A stretch of 33,289 nucleotides of DNA from Microcystaceae cyanobacterium (GTDB taxonomy: Bacteria; Cyanobacteriota; Cyanobacteriia; Cyanobacteriales; Microcystaceae). The first letter of the stretch is position 1; the number at the start of each line of letters is the position of its first letter. The position numbers were made by a program, and so were the translations under genes. The notes below the pieces were generated by a model, which was not told the DNA's origin, did no database searches, and was given only the letters and a program-made list of their open reading frames with translations. Of this stretch, positions 16,784 through 27,653 are shown piece after piece. The DNA lies in the NCBI GenBank assembly GCA_041746575.1, contig JBGTGT010000032.1, positions 1-33,289 on the forward strand, read 5' to 3'.

Positions 16784-17263
16784 TTAAATTTCTAAAGCGG
16801 CTTTCAATTTAGCCAAGGTGGCGGCTTCTTTGGTACTGACTTTTTCACCCGAACCAAAAAGTCCATCTCCGGCGGCTTGAGCAACTTTTTCAGCACAAGC
16901 ATAGAGAAATTGCTTATATTCAGCGACTTCTTCTGGCGTGCCTTTGGCTTCGATAGTGCTGATAGCGGAATGAGCAACTGTAATGGCTTTATCCACTAAA
17001 CCTCCTGATTTGACTTCCTCAGCAGTAACATCAGGCTTTTCTGGACGTGCCACACCACTTTTTAGGGCTTCTTCTGAGAAAACAGCTTGAATTGGCCCAT
17101 TATTAGGGTATTTATTGGCCGCTTTTACCAATTCGCCCGATAAGGCTGCTGCTTCGATGGCGGTTGAAATCAAGCCTAAATCAGCCATCGCGACGGACAT
17201 ACCCACCATCATGGGGGCATTGGCAATGGACTTTAACTCATCTGGGGTGTAAGTTGCGCTCAT
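16784..17263 (-). CDS. Hypothetical helical protein
   Basis: 159-aa ORF with GAGG RBS and natural composition; motif VAQAAGDGLFGSGEKVS..E. Confidence 0.75.
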   Translation of the reverse strand: MSATYTPDELKSIANAPMMVGMSVAMADLGLISTAIEAAALSGELVKAANKYPNNGPIQAVFSEEALKSGVARPEKPDVTAEEVKSGGLVDKAITVAHSAISTIEAKGTPEEVAEYKQFLYACAEKVAQAAGDGLFGSGEKVSTKEAATLAKLKAALEI

Positions 17264-17412
17264 TGTGCCTCAACTGCGTAATTTAATCGAGATTTGCTGT
17301 CTAATGTATCAAATGTATCAATAGACGGGAAGATTTTAGCTTTTCTTTAGGAAGATTTTTGATTTAGTTGTTTTATGCTAAATTTACCAGTAAAAAACCG
17401 TATTCTGAAGCC

Positions 17413-17925
17413 CTAACGACAAAACAAAGTATCACGAGTATTTCTGCCTGTTATCGGATTTCTTCCCGTGGCCATTTCACAGAGTTTCTCTTCAGTATCT
17501 GGTCGTAATAAAATATCGGTAAAGTCTGCTCCGTCAATATTAGCCCCGTTAAAAATAGTATTGGTGGCAAATGCCCCCTCTAAGTTGGCATTGTGAAAAT
17601 TAACACGGGTGAGTCGAGTGGATTCCAAATCTGCCGCCCGCAAATCTGCCCCTTCAAAGTTGGCATTGGTTAAATTAGAGGAGAAAAAACGCACGCCTTG
17701 TAGATTGGCATGGCTAAAATCCGCTTCTCTTAAGTTGGCATGGTCAAACTGGGAATCTCGTAAGTCTTGCCCCGAAAAGTCGTGGCCGACGAGGTTTTGT
17801 CTGCCATAATCTAAAGACCAACTGGGGACAATAAACAGGGTAAAAGCAAAGAAATTGGCTAACAAAAAAGTGATAACGATCTTAATCAGGAAAGTTTGAC
17901 CATTATTCTGCAAATTGTTTTTCAT
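17413..17925 (-). CDS. Pentapeptide repeat protein, exported/lumenal
   Basis: A(N/D)LxX repeats, signal peptide, C-terminal LC..ATG.NP.TG..TR..LFC cap. Confidence 0.92.
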   Translation of the reverse strand: MKNNLQNNGQTFLIKIVITFLLANFFAFTLFIVPSWSLDYGRQNLVGHDFSGQDLRDSQFDHANLREADFSHANLQGVRFFSSNLTNANFEGADLRAADLESTRLTRVNFHNANLEGAFATNTIFNGANIDGADFTDILLRPDTEEKLCEMATGRNPITGRNTRDTLFCR

Positions 17926-18075
17926 ATCTCGCCCCTATGATTTTTAATCTTTTGTTAAGCTAAAAGGGGATTCGGTACTGGATTTAACCCCCTTTGCTTT
18001 TTTTACTCTAGCATTTGCGATCGCCCTATTCGTCTGTCAAACTGAAAGTTGTATGTGTAATCGACGGCTTCAACG

Positions 18076-18513
18076 ATGACAAATTTGGGTCAATTAGGGG
18101 AACAGTTTGTTTGTTCTTATCTACAATCTCAAGGATGGAAAATCTTACACCAACGCTGGCGATGTCGTTTGGGAGAAATCGATATTATTGCCCTTGCCGC
18201 TTCTGTTATTTTCGTAGAAGTTAAAACCCGTAGTCTAAGCAACTGGGATCAAAATGGTTTATTAACCATTAATCTACAAAAGCAAGCGAAAATCTGGGGA
18301 ACAGCCTTATCTTTTCTGGCAGAATTCCCTGAATGGAGTGAATATCCTTGTCGTTTTGACGTCGCTCTTGTGAGCGGTCAAAAGATTGATTCTGCTGTTT
18401 CTTGTTTTCAAGCATTACCGAAGGAGATTGAACTTCATCAAACTATTTGTTGGCAAGGATACGAATTAACCCTCATTGAGTATTTAATGGCTGCTTTTGA
18501 GGTTTCATCCTGA
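18076..18513 (+). CDS. YraN family (UPF0102) putative endonuclease
   Basis: GQLGE, GEIDIIA, FVEVKTR, CRFDV. Confidence 0.9.
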   Translation: MTNLGQLGEQFVCSYLQSQGWKILHQRWRCRLGEIDIIALAASVIFVEVKTRSLSNWDQNGLLTINLQKQAKIWGTALSFLAEFPEWSEYPCRFDVALVSGQKIDSAVSCFQALPKEIELHQTICWQGYELTLIEYLMAAFEVSS

Positions 18514-18620
18514 ATTTTGTTTTTCTTAAACGGATTAGGCATTATCAACCAGTTTTGGGCGAAAACGATTAATTTCTTGGTCTTTTGCTGGGTATTATCC
18601 TTTGCGTTTGTTGTCTTAGA

Positions 18621-20015
18621 CTATTTTAATTGCATAACCACTAACGTCATATCATCGCTAGCGGCGTTACTATCCCCCACAAATCGCTGTATTTTCTCAA
18701 AAAGATAATCGAGAATCCCTTGAGGCTCTAATCCTTTTTCGCAGGCCCATTTGAACGCTTTCAGGAGATTATCTTCATCAAAGCGATCGCCATTCGGACT
18801 CACTGCATCCGTCATGCCATCGGTATAATAAAGAATTGTGTCTCCTATATCGAGTTGAATTTGTCCATTTTCATAATCAGAATCAGGATATAACCCAATC
18901 AACATCCCCACAGTATCAATTCGTTCCATGGAATGACTTTCCCGCTTCCACAGCAACGGAGGATTGTGAGCCGCATTACTATAAAACAAACAACGAGTCG
19001 TCGGATCGTATTCCGAATAGAATAAAGTAACAAAACGCCGAGAGTTTTCCAAATCCGCGTACATCACTCGGTTGAGATGCTGTAAAATTTCTGCTGGAGA
19101 ATGACGATTTAGGACTTCAGCCCGTAACATTCCGCGCGTCATTGTCATGATCAAACCGGCGGGTACCCCTTTACCCATAACATCCCCGATCACAATACTC
19201 CACGGCACACCCCCTTGTTCACCTTTTTCGGTCAGTTGATCGTAATTGGTGGGAATAAAGTCATAATAATCGCCCCCTACTCGATTAGCATTGTGACACT
19301 TTGCCGCTAGTTGTACTCCTTCAATGAAGGGACATTTACGAGGTAAGAGTCTCAGCTGAATTTCGGAGGCAATTTCTAATTCGCGATCTTGCCGTTCTTT
19401 GGCACGTAACTCCACCGTTAACTCACTATTAGCAATCGCGACCGATGTTTGATCGGCTACTAATTGTAAAAGACGACGACGGGTTTGCGTCCAGATGTAT
19501 TCTTGGTCTTGGCTAAAAACGTATAATCGTCCCCGTTCTTGATTTTTGACGAGAATAGGGGTGTTGTACAAACGAAAGTGCGCCCCTAAGGCTTGACGGA
19601 TTTCCCCATCTAATAAAGCTAAAGATCGCTCCTCTGTCGGTAAATCGTTAAGATGACGAATCAAATCTTCGATAATCGGTTGAGGCGCAGGGGTGGTTTG
19701 GGGATCTTGACAGTGCAGTTGTTCTAAAACAATTAATCCTTTGGCATTAATCAGCATTAAAGCACTACCGTCAGCATCCGTAACCCTAGAAGCCATCAGT
19801 GGGGTTAATTCCAAAAATTGATTGAGATTATTAAAACTTCTGAGCGCAAATCCTAAAGAACTGAGTAAATTTTGGATCTTATTTTGTTCACGGTGTAAGG
19901 TGGCCACCAACTCTTTCAAAACAAGAACAGGGGTTGACTCTGTTCCATAGTTTGATGGGACTGAATGGGTGGAGGCGGAGATTATTTCAAAGTCTGGGCG
20001 CATTAAATTCCCCAT
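18621..20015 (-). CDS. GAF + SpoIIE/PP2C protein serine phosphatase (RsbU-like)
   Basis: RELEIASEIQ, VGGDYYD, IGDVMGKGVPA, NAAHNPP, YTDG, DDMT. Confidence 0.9.
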   Translation of the reverse strand: MGNLMRPDFEIISASTHSVPSNYGTESTPVLVLKELVATLHREQNKIQNLLSSLGFALRSFNNLNQFLELTPLMASRVTDADGSALMLINAKGLIVLEQLHCQDPQTTPAPQPIIEDLIRHLNDLPTEERSLALLDGEIRQALGAHFRLYNTPILVKNQERGRLYVFSQDQEYIWTQTRRRLLQLVADQTSVAIANSELTVELRAKERQDRELEIASEIQLRLLPRKCPFIEGVQLAAKCHNANRVGGDYYDFIPTNYDQLTEKGEQGGVPWSIVIGDVMGKGVPAGLIMTMTRGMLRAEVLNRHSPAEILQHLNRVMYADLENSRRFVTLFYSEYDPTTRCLFYSNAAHNPPLLWKRESHSMERIDTVGMLIGLYPDSDYENGQIQLDIGDTILYYTDGMTDAVSPNGDRFDEDNLLKAFKWACEKGLEPQGILDYLFEKIQRFVGDSNAASDDMTLVVMQLK

Positions 20016-20315
20016 GAACGGTATTTAGGGACTAACGTAAGGATAATTCGACGATATTAAGCTGACAAAACTACAAATTTTCTAACTTAAACAGTAAGTA
20101 TAATAGAAATAAAGCGGATTGATCATCATCAATTTTGACAGAGTTACTTTGACCTAGCCCAAAAGGTTAAGATTTTTATAACTTTCATCCCTAAGACAGA
20201 TAGACAATCGGAAGACATTTTTGGACTTTCCTGAAAGAGTCGCTAAGATGAAAAAGTAAATTTTTCGATGACCGATTAATTATTGCTCCTCAATCTTTAT
20301 TTATGACCCAAATTT

Positions 20316-21542
20316 ATGACCCAAGATCATCTGCCTACCGATTATACAACCCCCGTTCCTCTTAACGGCAATGGTACTGCTCCTGAGGTGGCTTCTGATA
20401 GGGTAATGGAAGAGGCTTGCCCAGTCGATCCTAAAATCAAAAAAATTGTTAGGAAGCTAGAAAAAACCCTAGAAAGCCATCAAGGTGAACATCATATCAT
20501 TGTGATTCAAGACTTCCCCGATCCCGACGCGCTCTCCAGTGCTTGGGTTTATAAGCTGATCGGTGATGCTTACCAAATTAATTGTGATATTGTCTATTCA
20601 GGGACGTTATCCCATCAAGAAAATATTGCCTTAGTGAAGTTAACGGGACTTCCGGCGAAACGTTGGGGGATAAACACCTTAAAAGATCGGGATTTATCGA
20701 TTTATCAGGGATATATCCTCATCGATAACCAAGGAAACACCAGTCAATTAACCGACTGGGTACGCCAAGCTCAAATTCCGCTGATTGCCGTGATCGATCA
20801 CCATGCTCAACAAGGGGAAATTGAGGCAGAATTTGTCGATTTGCGTCCCGAAATCCGCGCAACCGCCACTGTGTTAACTCAATACCTCCAAGCCGGGCTT
20901 TTATCTCTTAACAGCAGCAATCCAACTCACATTAAATGTGCCACAGCTTTGATGCACGGACTACGATCTGATACAAATGGACTGCTTCAGGCTCAAGAAG
21001 CTGAATTGATGGCGGCGGCTTATCTAAGTCGTTTTTATGACTCTCAACTGTTGAATTCAGTGTTACAGTCAGCGCGTTCGCGTCGGGTGATGGATGTGAT
21101 TGAGCGATCGCTACAAAACCGCATGATTAAGAATAATTTTTCTATTGCAGGGGTGGGATATCTTCGTTACGATGATCGAGATGCCATTCCCCAAGCGGCA
21201 GACTTTCTGGTAACTGAAGAAAATATTCATACGGCGGTGGTTTACGGAATTGTCCACGATGAAGCCAATGAAATTGAGTTAGTGATTGGTTCCCTCAGAA
21301 CGAATAAGCTAACCCTTGATCCTGACGAATTTCTCAAGGAAACCCTCGGACAAGATGGCCATGGACGCTTTTTTGGTGGAGGACGAGATATGGCTGGTGG
21401 ATTTGAAATCTCCGTCGGGTTTTTAGGGGGATTTAATGACAACGGGGATTACACCAAACTGAAGTGGGAAGTTTTTGACTGCCAAATTAAGCAAAAATTG
21501 CTTTGTCTGATCAATCCTGACGCCAAAGTGATCCATAGTTAG
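20316..21542 (+). CDS. DHH family phosphoesterase (NrnA-like)
   Basis: PDPDA, IDHH, SDT, GGGR..AGG. Confidence 0.9.
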   Translation: MTQDHLPTDYTTPVPLNGNGTAPEVASDRVMEEACPVDPKIKKIVRKLEKTLESHQGEHHIIVIQDFPDPDALSSAWVYKLIGDAYQINCDIVYSGTLSHQENIALVKLTGLPAKRWGINTLKDRDLSIYQGYILIDNQGNTSQLTDWVRQAQIPLIAVIDHHAQQGEIEAEFVDLRPEIRATATVLTQYLQAGLLSLNSSNPTHIKCATALMHGLRSDTNGLLQAQEAELMAAAYLSRFYDSQLLNSVLQSARSRRVMDVIERSLQNRMIKNNFSIAGVGYLRYDDRDAIPQAADFLVTEENIHTAVVYGIVHDEANEIELVIGSLRTNKLTLDPDEFLKETLGQDGHGRFFGGGRDMAGGFEISVGFLGGFNDNGDYTKLKWEVFDCQIKQKLLCLINPDAKVIHS

Positions 21543-21639
21543 CATTACTTTACAAAGTCAAGTTTAAAAAGGGAAATAGGAAATTTTCAAGTATTTTTTG
21601 GAGAATTACCCTGTTTTTCCTTATTTCTGTCCCTGAAAC

Positions 21640-21885
21640 TTAGCTGGTAAAACTCCGAAAAATATAGCCTAAAATAAACCCAATAATCAATGCCCACAAC
21701 TGTCCTGATTTAATAAAATTCTGGTAAGCCGCTTGCATTTTTTCCAAAACTTGAGGATCTTCTATTTTTTGCGCTAGGATCGTCCCTATTTCTAGAGATT
21801 GCTCTTTAACTAAATGAAAGGTGTCCTGAATCGATAAGGTTGTCAAGATATCAAGGGGAAGAGACGAAGGATCTGCAAGTAACAT
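21640..21885 (-). CDS. Small hypothetical membrane protein
   Basis: 81 aa, C-terminal FIKSGQLWALIIGFILGY helix; GGAG RBS. Confidence 0.75.
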   Translation of the reverse strand: MLLADPSSLPLDILTTLSIQDTFHLVKEQSLEIGTILAQKIEDPQVLEKMQAAYQNFIKSGQLWALIIGFILGYIFRSFTS

Positions 21886-22028
21886 GGGTTAATCACTCCA
21901 TTAATTTAGACTTTACTAGGCAATAATAGCGAGTTAATTGACTTCAATCGGAAAAATAATGTTTCTTGATTAACGTTGCTCACTTTGCGTTACAATATGT
22001 AACCATTCTTGCGTTAATCGTCTTTTCG

Positions 22029-23423
22029 ATGAAACCCTTTGCTCTTAATCTTAAAGCCTATCCTTGGTTACCCTTTTTCCTTGGCAGTTTTTTCATTTTA
22101 TTACTATCTAGTTTAAGTCGCCATTTTTTATTTCAATCCAATGCGCTTGATTTGGGATGGTTTGATCAGGCGGTTTATCTGATCAGTCAAGGTAAATCTC
22201 CGATTGTTTCTTTTTCGGGATTTCATATTTTAGGAGATCACGCGGCTTTTATTTATTACTTTATCGCTTTATTTTATAAAATTTATCCTTCTATTATTTG
22301 GTTATTAATTATTCAAGCGATCGCTTTATCAATCGGCGTGATTCCCCTTTATCAGTTATCTTTACAAGCTGGACTAAAGCAAAGTCAAGCGGTTAATATA
22401 ATGTGGGTTTATTTACTCTACCCTTTGATTTTTAATGTCAATCTTTTCGATTTTCACTCAGAGGTTATTGCCCTTCCCGCTTTATTGTGGGCAGTTTATA
22501 CAGCTAGATGTCAACATTTATGGGGTTTTATTGGCTCAGTTATTGTGGTTTTAAGTTGTAAGGCGGTCTTATCTTTAACTGTCTCAGCGATGGGCTTATG
22601 GTTGTTCTTTTTTGAGAAAAAACGGGTGCTTGGATTACTAGCATTAGGCTTAGGAACGTTTTGGTTTTTATTCAGCACTCAGGTGATTATTCCTCTCTTT
22701 AGTGGAGCAGAGGCGGCTGCCGTTAACCGTTATGAATTTTTAGGTCATTCTGTCTTAGAAATTATGACGAATGTGATTTTAAAACCACAAATTATTTTAA
22801 GTCATCTTTTCACAGGCGCAAATTTAGAATATCTTGTGTTTTTATTAATTCCTTTAATTTGGGGCTTATCTCCTCGTTATTTATCTCCTCTCATTGCTGC
22901 CCTTCCCGCCTTAGGTTTAAATTTAATTACGGAATATCGTCCTCAAAAAGATTTGGTTCATCAATATTCTTTACCGATTTTACCCTTTTTACTATTAATT
23001 GTAATTGTAACAATTGCCAATCAAAAAGCGTGGCTCAAGCAACGATGGCAAATTCTTTTGTGGGCAACAATTGCCTTTTTAGCGTTCGCAAAATATGGTT
23101 ATTTTACTTCTCGTTATTTAGAACAAATAGACACTTTATCCGCAATGCGAGAGGCGGTAAATTTAGTCTCTCCTCAAGAAAGTGTGTTAACCACTGCCCA
23201 GATTGCTCCTCATTTAACCCATCGCTCTCTTATCCATATTGCCATTAAAGATCAAACTCCTTTTAATCTTAATCAATATCAAGTTATTCTCTTGAATCAA
23301 AAATATCCTAGTTGGCCGGATTCAGAACAAACAGTGCGGGATTTAGTTCAACAATTGCAATCCTTAGACTCGTTTGACTTACCGTATCAAAAAGATGACG
23401 TTTTTCTATTTAGACAGCGTTAA
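22029..23423 (+). CDS. DUF2079 polytopic membrane protein (GT-C-like)
   Basis: RH..F.S.A.DLG.FDQ, ILGDH, FDFH, HQY, APHLTHR; ATG22029 preferred to TTG21966. Confidence 0.85.
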   Translation: MKPFALNLKAYPWLPFFLGSFFILLLSSLSRHFLFQSNALDLGWFDQAVYLISQGKSPIVSFSGFHILGDHAAFIYYFIALFYKIYPSIIWLLIIQAIALSIGVIPLYQLSLQAGLKQSQAVNIMWVYLLYPLIFNVNLFDFHSEVIALPALLWAVYTARCQHLWGFIGSVIVVLSCKAVLSLTVSAMGLWLFFFEKKRVLGLLALGLGTFWFLFSTQVIIPLFSGAEAAAVNRYEFLGHSVLEIMTNVILKPQIILSHLFTGANLEYLVFLLIPLIWGLSPRYLSPLIAALPALGLNLITEYRPQKDLVHQYSLPILPFLLLIVIVTIANQKAWLKQRWQILLWATIAFLAFAKYGYFTSRYLEQIDTLSAMREAVNLVSPQESVLTTAQIAPHLTHRSLIHIAIKDQTPFNLNQYQVILLNQKYPSWPDSEQTVRDLVQQLQSLDSFDLPYQKDDVFLFRQR

Positions 23424-23505
23424 CGGATGTTAAGATCGTCCTTTATTTTTTACAAGGTTTAACAGTCATTATTGTTAGTGGGTTTTAGAATTTAAATCCT
23501 TCAAT

Positions 23506-23997
23506 TTAATGAAAAATTTCGAGATGAAGGACATAATGTCCTAAATAAACGTCTCCTGTCCATAATTCATATTCAATTCTCAGAAATTCGGGCAAATTTT
23601 TCCCTTCTAATTTTAAGTTACGGGTGTAATTGCGTAAACGAAACGAACAATTGGCATGGGAGGGATGATGATCATTAAACCAATAACGGCTAATGCCATA
23701 AACGCCTTGTTCCCAAAAATGACGATAGGCAAACTGTCCTTGACTTTGCATCGTCATAATCACTCTATAAGGTGATATTTCTAGCCAGATTAACTGCTTT
23801 TCAATTTTTCCCTCTTTTTCTTTTTCTTCTGTTTTAAAGCCAGAGACGGAGTAAGGAATATCCGATTGACTCAGCAGGAGATGGAAACGTTGATCTTCCT
23901 TTTGATAAAGGGTGGCGGCGGTTTCAATAGTTGATAAGATGGGTAAATCGGTAGAGAGGAGAGATAAAGCAACAGGGCGACGATGATAGGTGAGCAT
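23506..23997 (-). CDS. Cyanobacterial hypothetical protein
   Basis: WLEISPYRVIMTMQ, YRHFWEQGVYGISRYW, LRNYTR; start uncertain (23997 preferred). Confidence 0.75.
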   Translation of the reverse strand: MLTYHRRPVALSLLSTDLPILSTIETAATLYQKEDQRFHLLLSQSDIPYSVSGFKTEEKEKEGKIEKQLIWLEISPYRVIMTMQSQGQFAYRHFWEQGVYGISRYWFNDHHPSHANCSFRLRNYTRNLKLEGKNLPEFLRIEYELWTGDVYLGHYVLHLEIFH

Positions 23998-24069
23998 GGG
24001 GAACATCTTTCGTAAACCTATTTCTATGCTATCAAGTTTCAAGGTTTTCCGACGACGTACCCTACTGAC

Positions 24070-24897
24070 CTAAAGAATTTTCTCTAACCCATAAATTAAA
24101 GCGGTTAACTGCGTCACTTTACGAATCGCTAAGAGAACACCGGCCATATAGCAAGTGCGATCGCTGGTATCGTGTCTAAGGGTATAAATTTCTCCTTGTG
24201 CGCCAAAAATTACTTCTTGATGGGCAATCAAACCGGGGAGGCGAACACTATGAATCCGAATATTTTCGGCACTTAAAGCACCCCTTGCTCCCTGCATCGT
24301 CTCTTTTTCTTCAACTAAAGCAGGATTGTAGGTTTTTCCCATTTCTGCTAGCATTTCGGCCGTTTTAATGGCTGTCCCACTAGGGGCATCCGCTTTTTGA
24401 TTATGATGGAGTTCAATGATTTCTACATGGTCAAAATATTGAGAGGCTTGTAAAGCTGCTTGTTGCAGTAAGACCATGCCAATTGAAAAATTTGGCATAA
24501 TTAAACAGCCTGTACTTGCTTTTTCGGCAAATTCTCCTAAATCTTTAATTTGATTTGCTGTCAAGCCTGTTGTTCCCACTACTGGACGCACCCCGTAGGC
24601 GATCGCTGACCGCACATTTTCATAAACCCCGCTAGGATGGGTGAAATCCACCATCACCCCTTGGATTTTTTCTTGGGTTGCCAAGACCAAAACACTTTGT
24701 AAATCGTCTAAAATGGGAATTTCGATGGCACCGCATCCGGCGACTTCTCCGGCATCTTGACCCCTTAGGTCGGGATTGCGGTCAACTGCGCCTACAATCA
24801 TTAGATCGGGAGCTTGGGCAACCGCTTTCACCACTTCTCGCCCCATTTTGCCCCCTGCGCCATTAATCACCACTGGAATCCGCGATTCATTATTCAT
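24070..24897 (-). CDS. dapB: 4-hydroxy-tetrahydrodipicolinate reductase
   Basis: [38 protein letters not shown]. Confidence 0.96.
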   Translation of the reverse strand: MNNESRIPVVINGAGGKMGREVVKAVAQAPDLMIVGAVDRNPDLRGQDAGEVAGCGAIEIPILDDLQSVLVLATQEKIQGVMVDFTHPSGVYENVRSAIAYGVRPVVGTTGLTANQIKDLGEFAEKASTGCLIMPNFSIGMVLLQQAALQASQYFDHVEIIELHHNQKADAPSGTAIKTAEMLAEMGKTYNPALVEEKETMQGARGALSAENIRIHSVRLPGLIAHQEVIFGAQGEIYTLRHDTSDRTCYMAGVLLAIRKVTQLTALIYGLEKIL

Positions 24898-24961
24898 AAG
24901 CGTTTAACGATTAATATTATCAATTCAGTTTACCGAGTTTAAGTTATATGTTCAAAGCGTT

Positions 24962-25879
24962 TTAGGGTAGCTCAACAGAAGTCGGTTTAGCAATATGAGG
25001 CAAGCCCCAACCCAGTTTTTCCCGCAAGATGCGAAAGAATTCGGGGGATTGTAGGCGAATAAAGCGGGCAGTATAGGGAGATTTTTCGATATGAATGCAA
25101 TCGTCGGGCAACACAGAGCATCCACCATTGCCATCTACTACCATTACCATCGGATTCGGCGTCGCGGGATAAATATTGACAGGTTCATTATCGGAGAAAA
25201 CCAACGCCCTAGAAGCGAGAGAATGGGGGCAAATGGGGGCTAGTTGCAAAACGGGAACGTCTGGTGTTACAACTGGCCCTCCTGCGCTAAGAGAGTAGGC
25301 GGTTGAACCCGTGGGTGTGGAAATAATCACTCCGTCGGCGGCAATATCTACGGCCGCATGATGACCAATTTGAATTTCAAAATGACACATACTGGTTAAG
25401 GGTTCGCGATGAACGACCATTTCGTTGAGAGAAAGGGCTTCCCACAATAAGCGTTTCTCTCTAATGAGTTGTACCGTCAACATGGTACGGTCTTCGATTT
25501 GATAGTCCCCTCTTAAAACCTGCTCTAGGGCGAGAGATAACTGATTGAGGTATAATTCTGTTAAGAACCCCATGTGTCCCGTATTGACTGTTAATAAGGG
25601 AATGCCACACGGGGCAAGTTGGCGGCAGGCGGATAAAACAGTGCCATCTCCCCCTAAAACGATCGCAAAAACAATACTAGGGTCAAAATGGGGAGGAACT
25701 AATTGTTCGATTCGGGTGTGACAGATGGGGCGATTCGGTTGAGAATAACCCAATAATCCCCCCGAACCCGTTTCAAGAATCACGTCCCAACCCTGAGAGG
25801 TTAGCTTCTCGGCTAAGTCTTGGGCGACCTGACGAGCAATGGGTTTTATATCGTTATAAATAATGCCGACTTTGGGCAT
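24962..25879 (-). CDS. nadK: NAD+ kinase
   Basis: [35 protein letters not shown]. Confidence 0.95.
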   Translation of the reverse strand: MPKVGIIYNDIKPIARQVAQDLAEKLTSQGWDVILETGSGGLLGYSQPNRPICHTRIEQLVPPHFDPSIVFAIVLGGDGTVLSACRQLAPCGIPLLTVNTGHMGFLTELYLNQLSLALEQVLRGDYQIEDRTMLTVQLIREKRLLWEALSLNEMVVHREPLTSMCHFEIQIGHHAAVDIAADGVIISTPTGSTAYSLSAGGPVVTPDVPVLQLAPICPHSLASRALVFSDNEPVNIYPATPNPMVMVVDGNGGCSVLPDDCIHIEKSPYTARFIRLQSPEFFRILREKLGWGLPHIAKPTSVELP

Positions 25880-25920
25880 CGATCATCATATCCTATTATT
25901 TTGGGTGGACTTAAATGGGC

Positions 25921-26883
25921 TTACTTAAAAAAGCTATTGCTCTTTCTACGCGTTTTTTGTTTTTCGTAGTCCAGTTCTTTAAGCTTTTTCAACATACGGC
26001 CAAAATATTCTTGTAAATAGGATTCTAAGGTAGTTGTTTGCTTGGGATCAAGGCCAAAGGTCTGGTAAACGCTATCCATGTTCGCTGTCATCCCTTGGCC
26101 ACTCGCTAGAACTTCGGCAAAGGCTAAACGGTCAGAAATATTATACGTCCATTGAAACAAACGAGTGATTTTGCGGAAGAATTGCAATACTCCTAGGGGG
26201 ATACGGGATGTTTTTGCTGTTTTATCTGATAATTTTTCGCAAAGGGCGATAATTTCTTCTGAATTCCAACCTCTAACCCCCGCCAGTGGGTAACGCTGTT
26301 GTTCGGTTTCGGGGACTTCTAAGGCGCGGATGGCAAATTTGGCTGCATCTTGGGTATCCATAAAAGCGATGGGGGTATTTTGTCCTGTAATCCAAACGGC
26401 TTGGTCGTCTAGAATAGGGACAGCATATTGACTGATTAGTCCCTGCATGAAACCACAAGGACGTAAAATCGTATATTTTAAGCCCGATTCTGCTAAATAC
26501 TCTTCAGTACATCGTTTGATTTCCATCAAGGGAACATTCGGATATTTTTCTGCGTTTAAAATTGAAAAGAAGAGGTAACGCTCTACGCCGGCGGTCTTCG
26601 TTGCTTGAATAAGGTTAATTTTGCCGTCCCAATCGACTTTTTTGATGGAATCGGTTGGTCTAGCGGAGGCGACGTCTATCACAGCGTCTATTCCTTCCAA
26701 TGCTTTGGGCAATGTCTCTGGCTGGCATAAATCTCCTTTGAGCAGTTCTGCGCCCCATTCCCGCAAAAATGACGCTTTTGAAAGACTTCTGACTAAACAG
26801 CGCACTTCATGTTTTTTATCCAGTGCCTGACGAGCGATTTGTCGCCCTAGTGTTCCGGTTGCCCCAACGATTAAAACTTTCAT
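25921..26883 (-). CDS. ycf39: Ycf39 atypical SDR (PSII assembly factor, HCF244 homolog)
   Basis: GATGTLGRQI, FLREWGAEL..GDL, VPLMEIK.CTE, GLISQYAVPILD, DRLAFAEV. Confidence 0.88.
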   Translation of the reverse strand: MKVLIVGATGTLGRQIARQALDKKHEVRCLVRSLSKASFLREWGAELLKGDLCQPETLPKALEGIDAVIDVASARPTDSIKKVDWDGKINLIQATKTAGVERYLFFSILNAEKYPNVPLMEIKRCTEEYLAESGLKYTILRPCGFMQGLISQYAVPILDDQAVWITGQNTPIAFMDTQDAAKFAIRALEVPETEQQRYPLAGVRGWNSEEIIALCEKLSDKTAKTSRIPLGVLQFFRKITRLFQWTYNISDRLAFAEVLASGQGMTANMDSVYQTFGLDPKQTTTLESYLQEYFGRMLKKLKELDYEKQKTRRKSNSFFK

Positions 26884-26899
26884 CTATATAAAACTTAAT

Positions 26900-26917
26900 T
26901 TGTAACATTTGTTAACG
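26900..26917 (-). promoter_or_regulatory. Possible HLR1 (RpaB) site upstream of ycf39
   Basis: Minus strand GTTAACAAAT-GTTACAAA, 10-bp period; the second half-site matches (G/T)TTACA(T/A)(T/A), the first has two mismatches. Confidence 0.35.
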
Positions 26918-27106
26918 TTTCTCTAAGAATATCAGAAAATTGTGAGTCGTCACTGCTAACTTTGGGTAAACGAGAAGCGGAAGTCGGACGTCGATAATTA
27001 GAGGTGCAATCGAGTGAAAAAGGAAGAAAGTAAGGAAACTCCTCGTTTTATTACCTTATTTCCTCCTCTTTTGACCGTAAATATTTACTTTTTGCTGTTG
27101 ACTGGA

Positions 27107-27610
27107 TTATTTGACGTCGATTAATTCCACATCAAAAATCAAGGTTGCATTGGGGGGAATCACGCCCCCTGCGCCTCTTGAACCATACCCTAATTCTGGG
27201 GGAATAATTAATTTACGTTGTCCCCCTTCTTTCATGGTCATTACGCCTTCATCCCAACCTTTGATGACTTGTCCCACTCCGATTTTAAAGGCAAACGGTT
27301 GATTGCGATCGCGAGAACTATCGAATTTTTGACCGTTTTCTAGGGTTCCGGTATAGTGAACGACAACGGTTTTTCCTTTACTGGGAGATTCGCCTTCTCC
27401 TTCCTTAATATCGATGTATTTTAAGCCAGAAGGGGTGGTGACAGCATTATCTAAATCCATGGTGATCTCCGAGATGTTTTCAGCAATTTGAACGGCAGTT
27501 TGTTGAGAGGCATTGGCGGCAGGTTGTTGAGGAATATTAAACACCCATGAAAAGATGAGTAATAAAAAACACAAAGCGACAATGCTAAAACTAATTAAGA
27601 TTTCTCGCAT
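27107..27610 (-). CDS. FKBP-type peptidyl-prolyl cis-trans isomerase
   Basis: [43 protein letters not shown]-terminal signal/TM. Confidence 0.95.
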   Translation of the reverse strand: MREILISFSIVALCFLLLIFSWVFNIPQQPAANASQQTAVQIAENISEITMDLDNAVTTPSGLKYIDIKEGEGESPSKGKTVVVHYTGTLENGQKFDSSRDRNQPFAFKIGVGQVIKGWDEGVMTMKEGGQRKLIIPPELGYGSRGAGGVIPPNATLIFDVELIDVK

Positions 27611-27653
27611 AAAGCATTCCCAATGAATCTGAACGAACTTTTCTTATTTTCCC

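Noticed and set aside
26884..27106. petM upstream of ycf39
   Set aside because: No PetM-like small ORF found on reading the minus strand
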